Below, piece by piece: positions 61,406 through 64,000 of a stretch of DNA of 64,000 nt. The translations under genes were made by a program, and so were the position numbers. This DNA is from Euglena gracilis. Taxonomy: Eukaryota. Position 1 is the stretch's first letter. Every line of letters begins with the position of its first letter. The stretch lies in the NCBI GenBank assembly GCA_039621445.1, contig CP154954.1, positions 1,178,001 through 1,242,000 on the forward strand, written 5' to 3'. Below the pieces are notes generated by a model. The model was not told the DNA's origin. It saw only the letters and a list, made by a program, of their open reading frames with translations, and ran no database searches.

Positions 61406-64000
61406 ATGACTTTTACAGATTTAAATACTGAAAATAAAAACGGTTGGTTCGACGTAGCAGAAAAAAAAAAAAAAAAAGACAGATTTATTTTTATTGGTTG
61501 GTCTGGATTGCTGTTATTTCCTTGTTCATATCTTGCTTTAGGTGGATGGTTAACGGGAATTACATTTGTTACTTCATGGTATACACATGGATTAGCTAGC
61601 TCTTTCCTTGAAGGTTGCAATGCTTTGACAGCAGCAGTTTCAACACCTGTGTGCTAAAAGATTTTCCTTAAAGTTGAAAATTTATTATATAATTTTACTA
61701 TTATTACTTAATTAATTATTTTTTATAAATTTATAATTTATTGTTACAAAAAAATTTTTTATTTTCGTTATGTTTATCATTAATGAGGTGTTTAATAATT
61801 GTTATTTTATTAAAAGTTGTTTCATACTTCTTAAGGAAAATTTTAGACTGTTTATCATTTTTTCTTGTTAAATTATTACGTACAATGTTTGTTTGGTTAG
61901 CAATGAAATTAAAACTTAATAAATAAGACTATTAATACATTAATTATGTTTATTACAATTAGTTTCTAGAATAGTAAAATAAACAGGGGTTTAATTTTTT
62001 TTACTTTTTATTTTATGATTTTTGGTTTTTAGTCAGATGATATGATTAATATGTGCGATTCGTTTATTGATTTACTAGTGAAAATTATAAAATATTTTTA
62101 ATAATTGTTAATCATTAGTTTAAATTATTGAATTTTAGGAAATTTTTATTTATTAAAATATGTTCAAATATTTAACTAAAATATACGGTTTTAAGTCCAA
62201 GTTTTTTTTGATTTAATATTGTTTTTTTTTTGATGCAAGTTAAATTTTAGAATTTTATAAGATTGTTAAGGTAATATTATTTATTAGAATAGTTTTCAAT
62301 TTATTATTAAATCTATCATGACATATTTGAAGGTAATTTTTTAATATCAGGAGTTTTTGTTTTAAAATAAATTTTTAAAGTTTTGAATTTTTAAACCTTG
62401 ATAGAGTAACTATTTTTATAACTTGAAAAACTTTAAAAAAACGAAGCAATTATTTTTTAATTTTTGGGATAGTTTATAATAATTAATTCTTTTTTGAAAG
62501 ATTTCAATGTAATGTTTTGTACTTTTTATATTTTCAATTTAGTAAATTTTACTTTTATTACAAGTATGTATAAAGTTAAATATTTTTACTTTTTACAATA
62601 ATGGTTGTTCTTCTTATACTTGAGGAGCTGTATGATTGGCATATCATGTACAGTTTTGTATGAAAGGCTTTTAGTTCTATTCTTTCCAGATCTGGTTTAA
62701 GGAAAGATTTTTGCTATCTTTTTTAGTCAGAAAAATCTATTCTTTCCAAATAGTATGGGTCATTCTTTATTATTGCTTGTGTGTCTTTACAATGTAATTT
62801 TTTACTTATTATTTTTAGTTTTTTATGTAAAAATTTTTATTTCTTTTTTATATTTTTGTAGTTCTTATTTATTTGCATATAATATGATTTATTTTATAAA
62901 AGTTAAGCATCTTTCATTTATTTTATTAATTTGATTCCTTTTAATAAAAATTTTTAAATTTCATATTTTTATTGTGCTGAAAATAATTATGAGAAAAAAT
63001 TTAACTTTTTCATGTTTTTTAAGATTTTTATGTTTTTATAATCGTTTTATAAAAAAGCTTTTTTATAATTTAAAAGCTTTATACAATTATTAGATTGTAA
63101 GTAAAGTTTGTAAACAAGTATATTAGTATTATTTAGTTTTATTGGGGTCCTGAAGCACAGTGGGATTTTACTCGTTGGTTGCAAATAGGAGGACTATGGC
63201 CATTTATTGCTCTTCATGGTGCTTTTGGGTGTGTGGTTCGTTTATTTTATATATTCTAATTATTAGTGGAATATGTTGTTTTTTATTTAATAAATTGTGT
63301 ATGAAAATTTTTATTGTTATGGTAATTTCATTTTTTACAAAAAAGTATTTTATTTTAATTTCTATCTTTCGTTTTGAATTGTAATTTTTTACATGCATTA
63401 TTTAAGTTAAAAATATATTTACTTTTATTAATCGAGAGCAGTTTCCTTATAGGTAGTATAAGTAATCAAGAATAGATTAACAAAATATTTTTTCCTTATC
63501 GTTAAGTGTTGGTTTGAATGTTTAAAAATTTTTTTGTGCGTTAAAAAAAATTTTTTTTAGTTTCGGCAAAAAAGTATGTTCTAAAAAATGTAAAAATTTA
63601 ATAAAAATAACGAAATAAATATAGATTAAGGATGCTTTAATTTATTGAATGCAGAATTAGTTTTGCTTTTTTAGAAGTGTTTATTCTTTATTTTTATTTG
63701 AAGCGCAATTATGAACCAGCTATGTAATTTCCTAATTCTCATTTTTTCAATATAATTGAGTAGTCGTATGGCATTAAAATGTCAAGTACGTTTTCGAATG
63801 AAGAATTTTTACTTTTGTAAAATATTTATTCTTTCTGATAGGCTTTATGTTGCGTCAGTTTGAAATTGCAAAGGCTGTGCAAATTCGACCTTATAATGCT
63901 ATAGCTTGTGTGATTTGTTGATTAAGATTAAAATTATTATTAATTAAATTACTTAAGAATAATTGAATCTTGCATATATTTTATGTAATTCTTTTTATTG
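61406..64000 (+). CDS. psbD: photosystem II D2 protein, exons 1-4 (61406-61648, ~62746-62778, 63143-63230, 63836-63907); continues beyond the window
   Basis: [57 protein letters not shown]; introns start GTGTG. Confidence 0.97.
61649..62746 (+). other. psbD intron 1, group II twintron (internal intron ~62053-62686)
   Basis: Internal GTGCG at 62053, internal domain V at ~62624-62657, and two CTATTCTTTC 3' ends; removing the internal intron rebuilds the outer domain V. Confidence 0.8.
62779..63142 (+). other. psbD intron 2 (364 nt, group II type)
   Basis: GTGTGT...TTAGTTTTAT; splicing restores LLLL/WGPEA. Confidence 0.88.
63231..63835 (+). other. psbD intron 3 (605 nt, group II)
   Basis: GTGTGG...ATTCTTTC; domain V at ~63759-63795; splicing restores [10 protein letters not shown]. 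Confidence 0.88.

Overview
This window is plastid DNA from Euglena gracilis or a very close relative. The evidence is tandem 5.92-kb rrn operons with pseudo-trnI/pseudo-trnW leaders, rpoB-rpoC1-rpoC2 split by many ~100-nt group III and short group II introns, a 54-nt VNTR, trnL(CAA), chlI and psbD. Positions 1-22360 are the reverse complement of 22361-41922. The fold axis lies at TGTT|AACA inside rpoC2, errors cluster near the axis, and only the left arm carries a 2.5-kb poly-G block, so the left arm is most likely an assembly fold-back. The unique part (22361-64000) reads: truncated rpoC2, rpoC1, rpoB, three rrn operons (minus strand), an accessory region (50880-58200), trnL, chlI and the first four psbD exons. 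The best find is in the accessory region. It holds a fragmented geminivirus/CRESS-like rolling-circle Rep gene (HUH endonuclease motifs I, II, GRS and III plus a decayed SF3 helicase, ~50950-51874 minus) that the ORF track splits into two anonymous ORFs. This gene sits in a ~7-kb block bounded by 103-bp direct repeats containing the 3' part of trnW. The block also holds a modular family of MGDF-initiated ORFs and the VNTR, and is followed by an inverted pseudogene paralog of one of its ORFs. All comparisons were made by eye and no database searches were run.
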